Virus record (IMG/VR): IMGVR_UViG_3300021399_000007
Coordinates: 69,874-133,873 of that record
Direction: 5' to 3' (one strand)
Length of the DNA: 64,000 nucleotides
From: a virus
Shown: in pieces, positions 8,259 to 18,097 of the stretch
Numbering within the stretch: the stretch's first letter is position 1
Layout: each line of letters starts with the position of its first letter
The notes under the pieces: generated by a model
Databases searched by the model: none
What the model was told of the DNA's origin: nothing
The model's input: the letters and a program-made list of their open reading frames with translations, nothing else
Program-made: the position numbers and the translations under genes

Positions 8259-8397
8259 CTGGAGATGAATTAATTGGTTTCATTATTGCGAACCATTTAG
8301 AAGATTATGAATTTATAAGATATGATTATGGGGATAGGCATGATATTTATCCAGAAATAGATGAAGATAATCATCAGGTATTAATTTAATTTATTGA

Positions 8398-8440
8398 TTT
8401 TTTTAAAAAATTATTGTATAATATATACATAAGATAAAAA
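8398..8440 (+). promoter_or_regulatory. Middle-class promoter motif
   Basis: ttttttaaaaaattattgTATAATATATACATAAGATAAAaagg. Confidence 0.55.
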
Positions 8441-8469
8441 GGGTATGCACAAAAGAAAAGAGGTCTGTT

Positions 8470-8769
8470 ATGAAAAGATATTCAACTGTTGAAGCGGCTG
8501 TTGAACTTGTAGTTAAAAATCTTGAAGCAAACCGAAAAGTCTATGATACTGATTCTATTAGGGCAAAAGTTTACGCTTGGTATGAAAATACTGATGTAAC
8601 AGACTCTGAAATTCTTGCGGCGTGTGTTCTTGAAGGAAAAGATTGGTCAGTAAAAACCTCTTATCAGGAGATGCTTGACCTCAAAGAGTGGTGGTTCCCG
8701 CACATCTCTTGTAATGACATTGCTATCTGGGAAATTGAAGAGGCACAGCGGGATGCCTTTTGGTGTTAA
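8470..8769 (+). CDS. Hypothetical protein (99 aa)
   Basis: Track ORF. Confidence 0.55.
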   Translation: MKRYSTVEAAVELVVKNLEANRKVYDTDSIRAKVYAWYENTDVTDSEILAACVLEGKDWSVKTSYQEMLDLKEWWFPHISCNDIAIWEIEEAQRDAFWC

Positions 8770-8772
8770 AAA

Positions 8773-8988
8773 ATGAATGAAAAACAAATGGTTAATGAAG
8801 AAGTAAAAGAACCAATGATAAGTATCACGGTTAAACAGTATGCAGAATACATTATGTCTATGCAGAAATTAATTGATATTGCATTAGTGGCAAATCAGAC
8901 TGCATCAAACGGAGATACAGCTGTTAAAATGATACAATCTATTCGTGCGATATGTGCGCAATCATTTAGCAAAGAGGATGATAAATAA
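8773..8988 (+). CDS. Hypothetical protein (71 aa)
   Basis: Track ORF. Confidence 0.5.
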   Translation: MNEKQMVNEEVKEPMISITVKQYAEYIMSMQKLIDIALVANQTASNGDTAVKMIQSIRAICAQSFSKEDDK

Positions 8989-9666
8989 ATGACAAGAGAA
9001 GAGATTATAAGTGGTTTACGTATGAATATGGAGTTAATAAAGTTTGACCCAAGCACAGGTAATGTGCGTCCCATTTATGAACTTAACGACCTCGACAAAA
9101 CAACTTACGTAGCATGTAAGAAAGCAATCGAAGCACTCAAGGCGCAGATGAATAGAGATACCATTAGCAGACAGGATGCAATAGATGCTGTTGAAAAAAG
9201 TAGGCGTTTAAATCATCACCAAGATGGAAAAGAAGCTTGCGCACATGAATATGAACATAGACATTTCTTGAAAATATTAAGAGATTTACCGCCCGCACAG
9301 CCAGAACCGCCAGAGCCCGAAGAACTGGACTTCGTGCAACCGCATAAAAAGATCGGTGTGCAGTTGGAAATTACACAGCCCGAACAGAAGACCGAGAAGT
9401 GGATTTTATGCAGTGAGAGGCTACCGGAAAAATGTGGATGGTATATATGTACCTTAAAAGACTATCGTGTAAATGCTTATTATTGGAACAATAAAGGCGA
9501 GTGGGTAGATAACGGTAAAAAACATTTTTTTGAACTGTATAACATTAGTAGTCGATATACTGGAAAAGAGATCACCGCAGAACAAGAAGGGTCGGTATAT
9601 TGGACAGATTGGGTCATCGCATGGATGCCGTTGCCAGAACCATACACAGAAAGGCAGGAGAAATGA
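8989..9666 (+). CDS. DUF551-like protein, paralog A
   Basis: ...ISRQDAIDAV...ILCSERLPEK...WVIAWMPLPEPY; shares three blocks with next gene. Confidence 0.55.
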   Translation: MTREEIISGLRMNMELIKFDPSTGNVRPIYELNDLDKTTYVACKKAIEALKAQMNRDTISRQDAIDAVEKSRRLNHHQDGKEACAHEYEHRHFLKILRDLPPAQPEPPEPEELDFVQPHKKIGVQLEITQPEQKTEKWILCSERLPEKCGWYICTLKDYRVNAYYWNNKGEWVDNGKKHFFELYNISSRYTGKEITAEQEGSVYWTDWVIAWMPLPEPYTERQEK

Positions 9667-10124
9667 CAGCAAAAGAAGCAATTGAGACTTTAAAAGCAAA
9701 TTACCCAGATGACTGCTATAAGCAGCTTAGGGAAGCCATTGACAAGGCAATAAAGGTCCTGGAAGTGCAGAATGTTTCCGACACAAATGTCGGCAACAAC
9801 AATGACACTATCTATAGGCAGGATGCGATTAATGTAGTAAAAAGGCTTATGGGAGATTATGAACTCAGCAGAACAGTACAAACAGGTCTACATATATTGC
9901 CATCTGCACAGCCAGAACAGCGGTGGATTCCGTGTAGTGAGCGGTTGCCGGAGGTAGAAGAACTGGTTTTGGTCACCGATGACAGCGGTGGGATAAAGAC
10001 AGTGGATGTGGACTGGTGCGGTCAGTATGAGGACTCCAATGAACGTTTTTGGTATTACACCCAGAATGCTGTGGCATGGATGCCGCTACCTAAACCGTAT
10101 CATGAGGGTGAACAAAATGATTGA
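9663..10124 (+). CDS. DUF551-like protein, paralog B (tandem duplicate)
   Basis: ATG 9663 (ATGA overlap); ...IYRQDAINVV...IPCSERLPEV...AVAWMPLPKPY. Confidence 0.55.
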   Translation: MTAKEAIETLKANYPDDCYKQLREAIDKAIKVLEVQNVSDTNVGNNNDTIYRQDAINVVKRLMGDYELSRTVQTGLHILPSAQPEQRWIPCSERLPEVEELVLVTDDSGGIKTVDVDWCGQYEDSNERFWYYTQNAVAWMPLPKPYHEGEQND

Positions 10125-10374
10125 ACTAATTAAGATACTCCTGCCCTACATCCTGGGCGTTGTTTGTACAACTATCATGTTCCGACCTATGAAGAACTGG
10201 CATGAAGGCTACAATGCCGCAAAACAGTTCTATGGCGATAGGGAATTGGGCTTTGACCAAGGCTGGGAGACTGCAAAGAAGGTTTTCAAAGACTATGAAA
10301 AAGGCTTCGGCGATGGATTTGAGGCAGGATGGATAACAGCGGAGGAACAAAAGAAACAAGATGAGCAAACTTGA
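10117..10374 (+). CDS. Small membrane protein (85 aa)
   Basis: MIELIKILLPYILGVVCTTIMF... TM helix then charged tail. Confidence 0.5.
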   Translation: MIELIKILLPYILGVVCTTIMFRPMKNWHEGYNAAKQFYGDRELGFDQGWETAKKVFKDYEKGFGDGFEAGWITAEEQKKQDEQT

Positions 10375-10585
10375 CGACACAATTACAGATGTAGCTTATG
10401 TTCTTAACATCGTAGATATGGCTTATATTCTTGATGCTCTTATGGCATACAGAAACATCATTCAAGCAGGGAACCGCAATGATTGTAAAGTGCAAAAAGA
10501 ATGTGAGGTAAAACCAAAGTTGGGATAGTTAGTTAGATACAACTGTCCATTTTACCATAGAGATGAATAGAATGAGACTAATTGA
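10361..10585 (+). CDS. Small protein; reaches TGA only if two in-frame TAGs (10526, 10571) are read through
   Basis: MSKLDDTITDVAYVLNIVDMAYILDALMAYRNIIQAGNRNDCKVQKECEVKPKLG[TAG]LVRYNCPFYHRDE[TAG]NETN*. Confidence 0.3.
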
Positions 10586-10678
10586 TGCTACGTAGCATGA
10601 TACAATGTGGTGGTAAAAAGAAATATTGCGCTAAAACGTAACTTTCTTCTATTTAAAAAATAAAAGGAATAAAAATTT

Positions 10679-10906
10679 ATGACCTATTCTATTGATGAAA
10701 TTTGGCCTGTTAATACAACAGTAGCCCCTAATGGCGGAATTGGCATTAATTGGAGCGGTCCAATAGGTTTTGGTGAGTTAGTTCTCTATTGGGGAGAAGA
10801 TAATAAATTATATGCGGATACTGAACATTTAAGTTCTAATTCAGATAAAAAATTTTTAAAATTAATATTAGAACTTTTAGCTGAAAAAATAATTGTTAAT
10901 GAATAA
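10679..10906 (+). CDS. Hypothetical protein (75 aa)
   Basis: Track ORF. Confidence 0.5.
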   Translation: MTYSIDEIWPVNTTVAPNGGIGINWSGPIGFGELVLYWGEDNKLYADTEHLSSNSDKKFLKLILELLAEKIIVNE

Positions 10907-10938
10907 AGCTGCGGATCCGCAGCTTTATTTTTTTAAAA
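10906..10938 (+). terminator. Rho-independent terminator (palindromic, contains GGATCC)
   Basis: AAAGCTGCGGATCCGCAGCTTT + ATTTTTTT. Confidence 0.6.
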
Positions 10939-10975
10939 AATTATTATATAATATATACATAAGATAAAGAAAAGG
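10925..10975 (+). promoter_or_regulatory. Middle-class promoter motif
   Basis: tttttttaaaaaattattaTATAATATATACATAAGATAAAGaaaagg. Confidence 0.55.
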
Positions 10976-10988
10976 AAAGGTGATAAGT

Positions 10989-11879
10989 ATGGAAAAAATC
11001 TTTGTAGCTGATTCTTATAAGGATATGGAGATTATTGGTGAGCCTTTTAAAAATGAAAAAGGACGCCTCTATGTAAAAGTCAAAGGCGTTTGCCCGCGTT
11101 GTGGCGGTTCTGGCCACTATTCTTATAATCAAATGGACGGGACCCGTTGCTACGGATGTATGGGATCTGGCATTTCCATCCAGAAAGTCCGTGCTTACAC
11201 TGAAAAAGAATACACTCGTATGCAGGCGGCAAATGAGCGTGCCCGCGCAAAGAAAGAAGCAGAAAAAGAAGCAAAGGCTCGTGATCTTATTGAGAATGCT
11301 ACCAAATATAAACATGAAGTTGCTTTAAAACTTGGATTTGGTGAGAACGAAAAAGCTTATCTTGTTTATGGTGATGACACTTTTGCTATCAAAGACCAGT
11401 TAAAGAAACTGGGAGCAAGATTTGATCCCACTCTTAAATGGTTCTTTGCTGAAGAAGTTGCGCTGCCCGAAGGTTATAAGCTCTGCGAGATGAGTTTCGA
11501 CGAGCTTTATAACTACAATATCAACACTAAATGGGCAGAGTTTAAGGAAGATGCTAAGGCTATTGTCTCCCGCCGCATTAATGAACTCAAAGGCCCCTCT
11601 ACTTCGGAATATTATCCTGGAGCAGAGAAGGAGCGGATTCGCAATATTACTGCAAAAGTAGCCAGCATCCGCGGTTTTGAGGGTATGTATGGATATACTT
11701 CTGTATATACTTTTACCTCTGGTAATTATGTTTTTGTGTGGATGACCGCAAAATGTGATCTTGATCTTACTGCAGGAGAAACTGTTGACCTTACTGGAAC
11801 TATCAAAAAATTTGATGAGTACATGGGAGTCAATCAGACTCATCTTACTAGATGCATCGTAAAGAAGATTGAAAAATAA
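10989..11879 (+). CDS. Protein with two DnaJ-type CxxCxGxG zinc-finger motifs (297 aa)
   Basis: CPRCGGSG and CYGCMGSG; ATG 10989 in frame with track ORF 10980-11879. Confidence 0.55.
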   Translation: MEKIFVADSYKDMEIIGEPFKNEKGRLYVKVKGVCPRCGGSGHYSYNQMDGTRCYGCMGSGISIQKVRAYTEKEYTRMQAANERARAKKEAEKEAKARDLIENATKYKHEVALKLGFGENEKAYLVYGDDTFAIKDQLKKLGARFDPTLKWFFAEEVALPEGYKLCEMSFDELYNYNINTKWAEFKEDAKAIVSRRINELKGPSTSEYYPGAEKERIRNITAKVASIRGFEGMYGYTSVYTFTSGNYVFVWMTAKCDLDLTAGETVDLTGTIKKFDEYMGVNQTHLTRCIVKKIEK

Positions 11880-11886
11880 TATAAAT

Positions 11887-11925
11887 AATCAATGAAGGCA
11901 TATTAAAAATCCTTCATTGATTATT
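11887..11925 (+). terminator. Hairpin (possible terminator)
   Basis: AATCAATGAAGG-12nt-CCTTCATTGATT. Confidence 0.4.
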
Positions 11926-11970
11926 ATTAAAAAATATATTATAATATATATATAATAAGAAAGAAGAAGG
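11925..11970 (+). promoter_or_regulatory. Middle-class promoter motif
   Basis: ttattaaaaaatatatTATAATATATATATAATAAGAAAGaagaagg. Confidence 0.5.
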
Positions 11971-11981
11971 AAATCGCTATT

Positions 11982-12671
11982 ATGGTATTTAATCATGAGC
12001 TAGTAAATGAAATTTTAGATGCAATTTTTCCTCTTCCAGATGAATTTGGAGTTGAATTGTCTGAAGATTACGATCCCGAACCATCTTCTCTTTCTTCTCT
12101 TGAGGCGGCAGTTCGCTATGTAGATGAAGATGCATCAATCTTATTTGGAATGTCAAAGTTAGTTATTACTTCGCCCAACCTTGAAAATGTAGTTATAAAA
12201 ATTCCATTTAATGGATTTTATGATGAAGATAAAGAGTGGAATGATTTTAGGTGGGCTCCAGGATCTAATCCTTCAGACTATTGTCTTGCGGAATATGAAA
12301 AATATCGCAGATTAAAAACATACAGACTGGATTGTTTTGTCGCTAAAATTTTTCATTACAAAACTATATCTGGTGTTCGTATTTTCATTCAAGAGAAAGT
12401 TACCCCTAAATGTGATTTATACTTTAAATATAAAGCATCCGCTAAATCACGAAATCTTGCAAAAAAATGGTATAAAGAAAGAAAATTTGATATTGATCCT
12501 GAATGGATTGCAAATTGTCTTGACAAGTACGGCAAATCAAAAGTAGAAAGATTTTTATATTATTGTGCGAATATTGATTTAGATATCTTAGAAGATGCTC
12601 ATAGCGGCAACTTTGGATATAGAAATAATGCAACTCCAGTAATTTTAGATTATTCAAATTATTTAGATTAA
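11982..12671 (+). CDS. Hypothetical protein (229 aa)
   Basis: Track ORF. Confidence 0.6.
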   Translation: MVFNHELVNEILDAIFPLPDEFGVELSEDYDPEPSSLSSLEAAVRYVDEDASILFGMSKLVITSPNLENVVIKIPFNGFYDEDKEWNDFRWAPGSNPSDYCLAEYEKYRRLKTYRLDCFVAKIFHYKTISGVRIFIQEKVTPKCDLYFKYKASAKSRNLAKKWYKERKFDIDPEWIANCLDKYGKSKVERFLYYCANIDLDILEDAHSGNFGYRNNATPVILDYSNYLD

Positions 12672-12686
12672 TAGAAAGGAAAAAAT

Positions 12687-13226
12687 ATGAGTAGAACTCC
12701 ATTCTTTTTCGTAGAAAGACTAGATTGGCGAACTAAAAAATATGAACTTCAACATCCTTGGGTTTGGAACTTCGAACATACTGAGCGGGTACCAGCTTCA
12801 CTTTTTCCTTATAATGGTTGTCATGATCTGTTTTCTATTGTGGAAAATAAAGATGTTGGAGATTTTCCCAGAATGAGAGGCATTCATACGGGACTTCCCG
12901 CAGATGTTTGCGAAGAAATTGCGGAAGAGTATAAAAAATGCTCTTATGATACTGAATGGGGAAATGAGTCTCATCACGTTGAACCAAATGCCTGTTGGTT
13001 CACATATGCTGATATGTATATCTATTGTATGGAGCATCCCGAAGTGGTTGACTATGATGCCATGGATGAAGCATTCTACAATGGAGAAGAGCCTCAAAAG
13101 AAAATTATGAAACCAACTCCAGTAAAAACTCTTATGGATCGAGTTAATGCATTTCTTGAAGTTAGTGACGATTTAGGCTGGGAAAATGATTACAGCCAAA
13201 TTCGTATCGTTTATTGGATTGAATAA
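12687..13226 (+). CDS. Hypothetical protein (179 aa)
   Basis: Track ORF. Confidence 0.6.
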   Translation: MSRTPFFFVERLDWRTKKYELQHPWVWNFEHTERVPASLFPYNGCHDLFSIVENKDVGDFPRMRGIHTGLPADVCEEIAEEYKKCSYDTEWGNESHHVEPNACWFTYADMYIYCMEHPEVVDYDAMDEAFYNGEEPQKKIMKPTPVKTLMDRVNAFLEVSDDLGWENDYSQIRIVYWIE

Positions 13227-13244
13227 ACATATAAATCTTCTTTT

Positions 13245-13295
13245 GATTTTTAATAAAAATTTTGTTATAATATATACATAAGATAAAGAAAGGAG
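13245..13295 (+). promoter_or_regulatory. Middle-class promoter motif
   Basis: taataaaaattttgtTATAATATATACATAAGATAAAGaaagg. Confidence 0.55.
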
Positions 13296-13297
13296 AA

Positions 13298-13552
13298 ATG
13301 AATATGACAGACATATGGTATTATGAATATCAAGTAAAAACCTGGAATGAGATTGACCACAAAGAAGAAATCTTTTCTGGTGTGGTTCCTGCTGAATCTA
13401 TTGTTGAAGCAGTAAAGAGATTGGATGATTACTATGGAACTGATATCATGGAAATTCAGATGTTGAAACCTATTTTTGAAGGTACTGTATTTGAATTTCA
13501 GTGTGTAATGGAAGATCCAGAATTTGATTACGTCATTAATAAAAAAGCATAA
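13298..13552 (+). CDS. Hypothetical protein (84 aa)
   Basis: Track ORF. Confidence 0.5.
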   Translation: MNMTDIWYYEYQVKTWNEIDHKEEIFSGVVPAESIVEAVKRLDDYYGTDIMEIQMLKPIFEGTVFEFQCVMEDPEFDYVINKKA

Positions 13553-13565
13553 GGAGGCGGCAATA

Positions 13566-13778
13566 ATGAAATTCCCAGAGTTATTCTTCTACGCGGAAGC
13601 TGAAGGTTTACTTCCAACTCGAGCTGGCAAAATTAATGCAGTTATTAATGATATTAAAAATTATCCTGGTTCCGAAATTGAATTTTCAGAGTTTGAAAGT
13701 ATTCTTAATCATTATGGATTAAGATATGAAGATTTAACAGATAGGGAAATCCGTCATATTAATGCTAGTATCCGTTGA
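13566..13778 (+). CDS. Hypothetical protein (70 aa)
   Basis: ATG 13566 after AAGGAGGCGGCAATA; frame of track ORF 13524-13778. Confidence 0.45.
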   Translation: MKFPELFFYAEAEGLLPTRAGKINAVINDIKNYPGSEIEFSEFESILNHYGLRYEDLTDREIRHINASIR

Positions 13779-13805
13779 AAATGGCAACAAAGAGACAGCT
13801 GCTTG

Positions 13806-13850
13806 AAAATCTTAAAAATTTTTGATATAATAAATATGTAAGATAAAGAA
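13806..13850 (+). promoter_or_regulatory. Middle-class promoter motif
   Basis: cttaaaaatttttgaTATAATAAATATGTAAGATAAAGaaag. Confidence 0.5.
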
Positions 13851-13888
13851 AGAACAAATTGAAAAAAGAGAAAAAAGGAGAATTTACT

Positions 13889-14293
13889 ATGGAAAACACC
13901 ACAAAGAAAACTAAGGCTATGTATTTTGCAGAACTTCGCGAGATGGTTGCAGGTTGGGTTGACAGAGAGGATCAGGATGAGCTTCTTGAGTTCATCGACA
14001 AGCAGATCGAGGCTATTGAGAAGCGGAAGGTAGCTGCCGCTAATAGAGCGGAGAAGAAGAAAGCTGAGTCCGATGCTTTGACTGATGCTATTCTAGCGCA
14101 GATCGGAGAGGAACTCATTACTGTAGATGAGATTGTTGTGGCTCTTGATGATGAAGAGGTTACTCGCAACAAGGTCACCGCTCGTCTTGGCAAGCTGGTA
14201 AAGGCTGGCGTTATCACCAAGGAAACCGTAAAGGTTGATGGTAACAAGAGAATGGCTTATAGGCTTGCCGCAGCCGCTGATGATGAAGAGTAA
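13889..14293 (+). CDS. Hypothetical acidic protein (134 aa)
   Basis: ATG 13889 after GAAAAAAGGAGAA; frame of track ORF 13859-14293. Confidence 0.55.
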   Translation: MENTTKKTKAMYFAELREMVAGWVDREDQDELLEFIDKQIEAIEKRKVAAANRAEKKKAESDALTDAILAQIGEELITVDEIVVALDDEEVTRNKVTARLGKLVKAGVITKETVKVDGNKRMAYRLAAAADDEE

Positions 14294-14321
14294 TTCATCA
14301 AAAGTGGTATAATAAGAATAA

Positions 14322-14353
14322 GGGAAGATAAAACTATCTTCCCTTTTTATTTT
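14322..14353 (+). terminator. Rho-independent terminator
   Basis: GGGAAGAT-aaaact-ATCTTCCC + TTTTTATTTT. Confidence 0.6.
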
Positions 14354-14369
14354 GCATAGGAGGATAAAC

Positions 14370-15158
14370 ATGTTTTGTTTAGATTATTATCCTTCTCAAA
14401 AGTATCTATAGGACGCGGATGAATTTAAAATTAAATATCGTCCATCCGACCGCACATTAGAAGATTTCTTAAATAAATATATTAACAAATCTATCATTAT
14501 AGATGTATCAGATTCTTTTGAGTAGGTTGATGCACAGTTATTAAAAGGATTATCTGATAAATATCAAAATGTTAAGATTATTTTTAATTTTAATAAAAAA
14601 GATTATTTATCAAGAGCCGAAAAATATAACATTCCACATTTTTTTACCAATCCAATTACTTCAATAGATCAATTGTGGGGATTGATAAAATATAATCCAA
14701 CTGATATGTATATATGTAGTGAATTAGGTTTTTCATTAGATAAAATTAGTAGACTGTTACATGAAAATAACATTAAAGTTAGGGTTTTTCCAAATGTTTG
14801 TCAATCAACTTTTTTTTCAGAAATTCCTAGCATAAAAACATTTTTTATTAGACCAGAAGATATTCCCGCATATAGTTAGTATGTAGATGTTTTTGAATTA
14901 GTCACAAATGAAAAAACTCAACGAATTTTGTTTAAGATTTATAAACAAAATAAATGGATTGGACAATTAAAAGATATTATTCCTACTTTTAAAGATTAGC
15001 TTGATAATAAATATTTATTAAAAAATTTTGGAGAACTTAGAAGTAAATGCGGCAAGCGGTGTATGTACACCTTTGGCGGCTGTAATATATGTGATAGATT
15101 CATAGAAATTGTAAATCTTATTGAAGAAAATAAAAATGCGTCAAAAAATTAGGATTGA
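14370..15158 (+). CDS. Hypothetical protein (~262 aa) with 5 in-frame TAG codons; C-terminal CGKRCMYTFGGCNICDRF Cys cluster
   Basis: ATG 14370 after GCATAGGAGGATAAACA; same frame as track fragment 14673-14879; TAGs near 14409, 14511, 14877, 15000, 15150; ends TGA 15156-15158. Confidence 0.45.
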
Positions 15159-15159
15159 T

Positions 15160-15205
15160 TTTTTTGAAAATTTTTGATATAATATGTATATAAAATAAAG
15201 AGGAG
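15160..15205 (+). promoter_or_regulatory. Middle-class promoter motif
   Basis: tttttgaaaatttttgaTATAATATGTATATAAAATAAAGagg. Confidence 0.5.
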
Positions 15206-15212
15206 AAATAAT

Positions 15213-15530
15213 ATGGCTGCAAAAGGAAGTATTTTGAAACAAGAGGTTATGGATAAAATCCTCGCCGCATTTCCTGGAAGTTTTCTTTATAATGATGGAA
15301 AAGAAATTCGTATTAATGGACTTGAAAATGGAGAAAAGCTACAAATCAAAGTAACATTTACTTGTGCTAAAGTTGCGGTTGAAGGTGGCGATGACACAGC
15401 ATTACCTGGAGAAAAGGCTGCGGCAACCGCAGATGTAGAGTCTGTAGGAACGAATGAAAAAATTCCTCAGGAGCCAACCGCAGAAGAAAAAGAGCGATTG
15501 ACCATGTTGTTAAATAAACTGGGACTGTAA
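15213..15530 (+). CDS. Hypothetical protein (105 aa)
   Basis: Track ORF. Confidence 0.5.
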   Translation: MAAKGSILKQEVMDKILAAFPGSFLYNDGKEIRINGLENGEKLQIKVTFTCAKVAVEGGDDTALPGEKAAATADVESVGTNEKIPQEPTAEEKERLTMLLNKLGL

Positions 15531-15540
15531 GGAGAATAAT

Positions 15541-15840
15541 ATGGGAGTAGGAGTGCATCTTTATCAAATGACTTGTTGGGAATCAGTTGGTCGTTGGCAT
15601 GTAAATGATGTAAAAAATCTTGGCGGCCGCTCCGCCAAATGGTATACTCCTATGCGTATTCTTGACCTTTCTATTGAAGAGTATATTGATCTTTTGTTAA
15701 ATACTTTTCATGCACAGGGAGTGTATTATTATGCTCCCACAGATTATTTAGCTTTTTATTTTACAAAAGAAAAAGATGCTAAAGCATTTTGTTCGTATGT
15801 TAATAAGATCGCGCGACACAACAACTATTGTTGTGCATAA
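15541..15840 (+). CDS. Hypothetical protein (99 aa)
   Basis: Track ORF, SD GGAGAATAATATG. Confidence 0.5.
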   Translation: MGVGVHLYQMTCWESVGRWHVNDVKNLGGRSAKWYTPMRILDLSIEEYIDLLLNTFHAQGVYYYAPTDYLAFYFTKEKDAKAFCSYVNKIARHNNYCCA

Positions 15841-15844
15841 GTAT

Positions 15845-16010
15845 ATACTTTGGAAGTTGAGTGGCGTGCCTCCCCAGTCATGAATGGAGTTGAGGACCGG
15901 AAGGTGCAATCAGAGTTGAGGCGCTCAATACACTCTGTTTAAAAATACCGAACAAAAGGCTAAAGTAGGGTCTATCAAACCAGGGCCTTATATAAATCTG
16001 TTAGGATAGA
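15845..16010 (+). ncRNA. Possible structured non-coding leader/ncRNA preceding tRNA-Ile (triple AGTTGAG motif)
   Basis: gaAGTTGAGtgg, ggAGTTGAGgacc, agAGTTGAGgcgc; no ORF; directly upstream of tRNA. Confidence 0.2.
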
Positions 16011-16015
16011 CATAA

Positions 16016-16086
16016 AGGGCATTAGCTCAGTGGGAGAGCGCGCGTCTTATAAACGCGTGAGGGTAGTTCAATTCTACCATGCCCTA
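16016..16086 (+). tRNA. tRNA-Ile (anticodon TAT)
   Basis: AGGGCAT/ATGCCCT acceptor, D-stem GCTC/GAGC, anticodon stem CGCGT/ACGCG, loop CTTATAA, T-arm GGTAG-TTCAATT-CTACC. Confidence 0.75.
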
Positions 16087-16114
16087 TTATCTGATTTAAA
16101 GAATTTCTTTTTGA

Positions 16115-16165
16115 TTTTTTTAAAAAAATATTATATAATATTTATATGATAAAGATAGAAAAAGA
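16115..16165 (+). promoter_or_regulatory. Middle-class promoter motif (upstream of sigma factor gene)
   Basis: tttttttaaaaaaatattaTATAATATTTATATGATAAAGatagaaaaag. Confidence 0.55.
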
Positions 16166-16178
16166 AAGGAAATTGCAT

Positions 16179-17093
16179 ATGACAGAGATTATGATTGATG
16201 CACTTGATCTTGATGAAGATATGGAATTTGATCAAGAGAATGAAACAATTATAGAACAGCCTGATGCGGTTGTTACAAGTTCTGTAAAAATGTATTTACG
16301 AGAAATTGGCAAGTATAATCTTCTGTCAAGAGAGGAAGAAATAGAACTGGCGGAAGCCGCCCTTAAAGGCGATAAGGACGCGAAAGAAGCTCTTGTTAAT
16401 CACAATTTACGTTTGGTAGTTTCTGTTGCTAAACACTATATGGGGCGGGGACTTACTCTTCTTGATCTGATTCAGGAAGGAAATGTAGGTTTGATTAAGG
16501 CAGTTGATAAGTATGATGTATCTAAGGGCTTTAAATTTTCTACGTATGCTACCTATTGGATTAAGCAGGCAATTTCTCGTGCAGTAATGGACCAGGCTCG
16601 AAATATTCGTATTCCTGTTCATATTATCGAAATGATGAGTAATATTAAAAAGACTGAACGTGAATTTCAGCAGAAAAATGGACGGGAGCCGAAAAAAGAA
16701 GAAGTCGCCGCAATATTAAACATTGATTTGAGTAAGATTAAAGAGATATATGCTTGGATGAAAGATACTACTTCTCTTGATATTGTAGTTGGTGACGATG
16801 AAGATGTTACTGTAGGATCTTTTATTGAAGATGAATCTGTACCAAATGAGTTTGTTACTGTTGAAGAAGACGATCGCAATGTTGCTATTCGTAATATTCT
16901 TGATACATTGAATGAACGTGAAAAAATAATTATTACACATCGTTTTGGAATTGGTTTAGATCGTGCGGAAACTCTTGATGAAATTGGCAAGAAATTAAAA
17001 CTTAGTCGAGAGAGAGTCCGCCAGATTGAAGAGGGCGCATTAAGAAAATTGCGAAATCCGCGCCGTGCAAATTTACTTAAAGAATTTTTCTAA
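16179..17093 (+). CDS. RNA polymerase sigma factor, sigma-70 family (regions 1.2-4, no region 1.1)
   Basis: [22 protein letters not shown] (1.2/2.1), [41 protein letters not shown] (2.2-2.4), [11 protein letters not shown] (3), [27 protein letters not shown] (4.2 HTH); ATG 16179 after AAAGGAAATTGCAT. Confidence 0.85.
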   Translation: MTEIMIDALDLDEDMEFDQENETIIEQPDAVVTSSVKMYLREIGKYNLLSREEEIELAEAALKGDKDAKEALVNHNLRLVVSVAKHYMGRGLTLLDLIQEGNVGLIKAVDKYDVSKGFKFSTYATYWIKQAISRAVMDQARNIRIPVHIIEMMSNIKKTEREFQQKNGREPKKEEVAAILNIDLSKIKEIYAWMKDTTSLDIVVGDDEDVTVGSFIEDESVPNEFVTVEEDDRNVAIRNILDTLNEREKIIITHRFGIGLDRAETLDEIGKKLKLSRERVRQIEEGALRKLRNPRRANLLKEFF

Positions 17094-17159
17094 AGTTTGG
17101 ACATGATTATTTAAATGTATTTATGTATTTTTAAATACAAGTACAAACCTAAAAAGTTG

Positions 17160-17205
17160 ATTTTTAATAAAAATTTTGATATAATATATATATAAAATAA
17201 AGACA
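17160..17205 (+). promoter_or_regulatory. Middle-class promoter motif driving tRNA-Asn
   Basis: tttttaataaaaattttgaTATAATATATATATAAAATAAAGac. Confidence 0.5.
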
Positions 17206-17355
17206 GCATAACAGCAAAAGTGTAAATTCTTAAAAAAATAAACAAGTCTTTGGAATGTGCTATTTTGTAAAAAGAGCTAAAGTTTATAGTTGTTCTAATT
17301 TGGTAAGCTGCCCTGCCGTGGGAATAGTAGAAAAGGAACTTGCTGTCTTGCATTA

Positions 17356-17427
17356 GGGTGAGTAGCCTAATGGTTAGGCAGTTGCCTGTTAAGCAACCTT
17401 ACGCAGGTTCAATTCCTGCCTTACCCG
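17356..17427 (+). tRNA. tRNA-Asn (anticodon GTT)
   Basis: GGGTGAG/CTTACCC acceptor (one G-U), anticodon stem GTTGC/GCAAC loop CTGTTAA, T-arm GCAGG-TTCAATT-CCTGC. Confidence 0.75.
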
Positions 17428-17589
17428 TTAATTATGTTTAATAAAGACCGTATTTCAGCAAAATACCCTTTCTGAACATAGGAATATTGATAAGGATCGG
17501 CTAATAACTGACGGAGTAGATTTAGCAAGTGAGGGAATTTTGTAACTCCAAATATTAAACTAAAAACCTCATTACGGTCTTGCTTTAAT

Positions 17590-17640
17590 TGAAAATTTTA
17601 AAAAAATATATTATAATATATATAGAAAGTTAAAAAGGAG
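17590..17640 (+). promoter_or_regulatory. Middle-class promoter motif driving tRNA-Lys
   Basis: attttaaaaaaatatatTATAATATATATAGAAAGTTAAAAAGG. Confidence 0.5.
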
Positions 17641-17677
17641 TTAATTTTATGAAAAGTGATAAACCTCTTAAACATTA

Positions 17678-17750
17678 GCGCCATTAGCTCAGATGGAAGA
17701 GCACTTGACTTTTAATCAAGGAGTCTCGGGTTCGAGTCCCGAATGGCGCA
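17678..17750 (+). tRNA. tRNA-Lys (anticodon TTT)
   Basis: GCGCCAT/ATGGCGC acceptor, D GCTC/GAGC, anticodon stem CTTGA/TCAAG loop CTTTTAA, T-arm TCGGG-TTCGAGT-CCCGA. Confidence 0.8.
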
Positions 17751-17908
17751 TTTAGTGTGATCTATCCCTCGATACCACTGTCCAAAAAGTGTAAAGCGTA
17801 ATGGTAGGGAGTCGTCAAAACAGGGTTTTAATATTTTTCTGAGGGCAGAGACGAATTAAATCTAAACAGGCAGAGAAAAATATATCTTTTATAATAATTT
17901 AATAAAGG

Positions 17909-18097
17909 ATGGTGAAAATTATGATATATATTGTTCATTATTTTGATGATAAACATAAGCAGCACATGACCTTTGTTAAAACTTATAAAGATGTTGAATT
18001 TATAAAAGATCGTTTTGGAAGTATCACAGTCGAAACATTAAAAGTAAAAGAGTATCCATACATAGAATATAAAATGGCAATGGCGATTGAGCAATAG
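17909..18097 (+). CDS. Hypothetical small protein (62 aa)
   Basis: Track ORF between tRNA genes. Confidence 0.4.
   Translation: MVKIMIYIVHYFDDKHKQHMTFVKTYKDVEFIKDRFGSITVETLKVKEYPYIEYKMAMAIEQ

Noticed and set aside
16407-16990. Minus-strand ORFs 16407-16622, 16667-16990, 16716-16940
   Set aside because: Antisense to the sigma factor gene, which has unambiguous sigma-70 motifs.
17657-17686. 10-codon ORF MKSDKPLKH ending in TAG inside the tRNA-Lys 5' end
   Set aside because: Too short and overlaps a tRNA.
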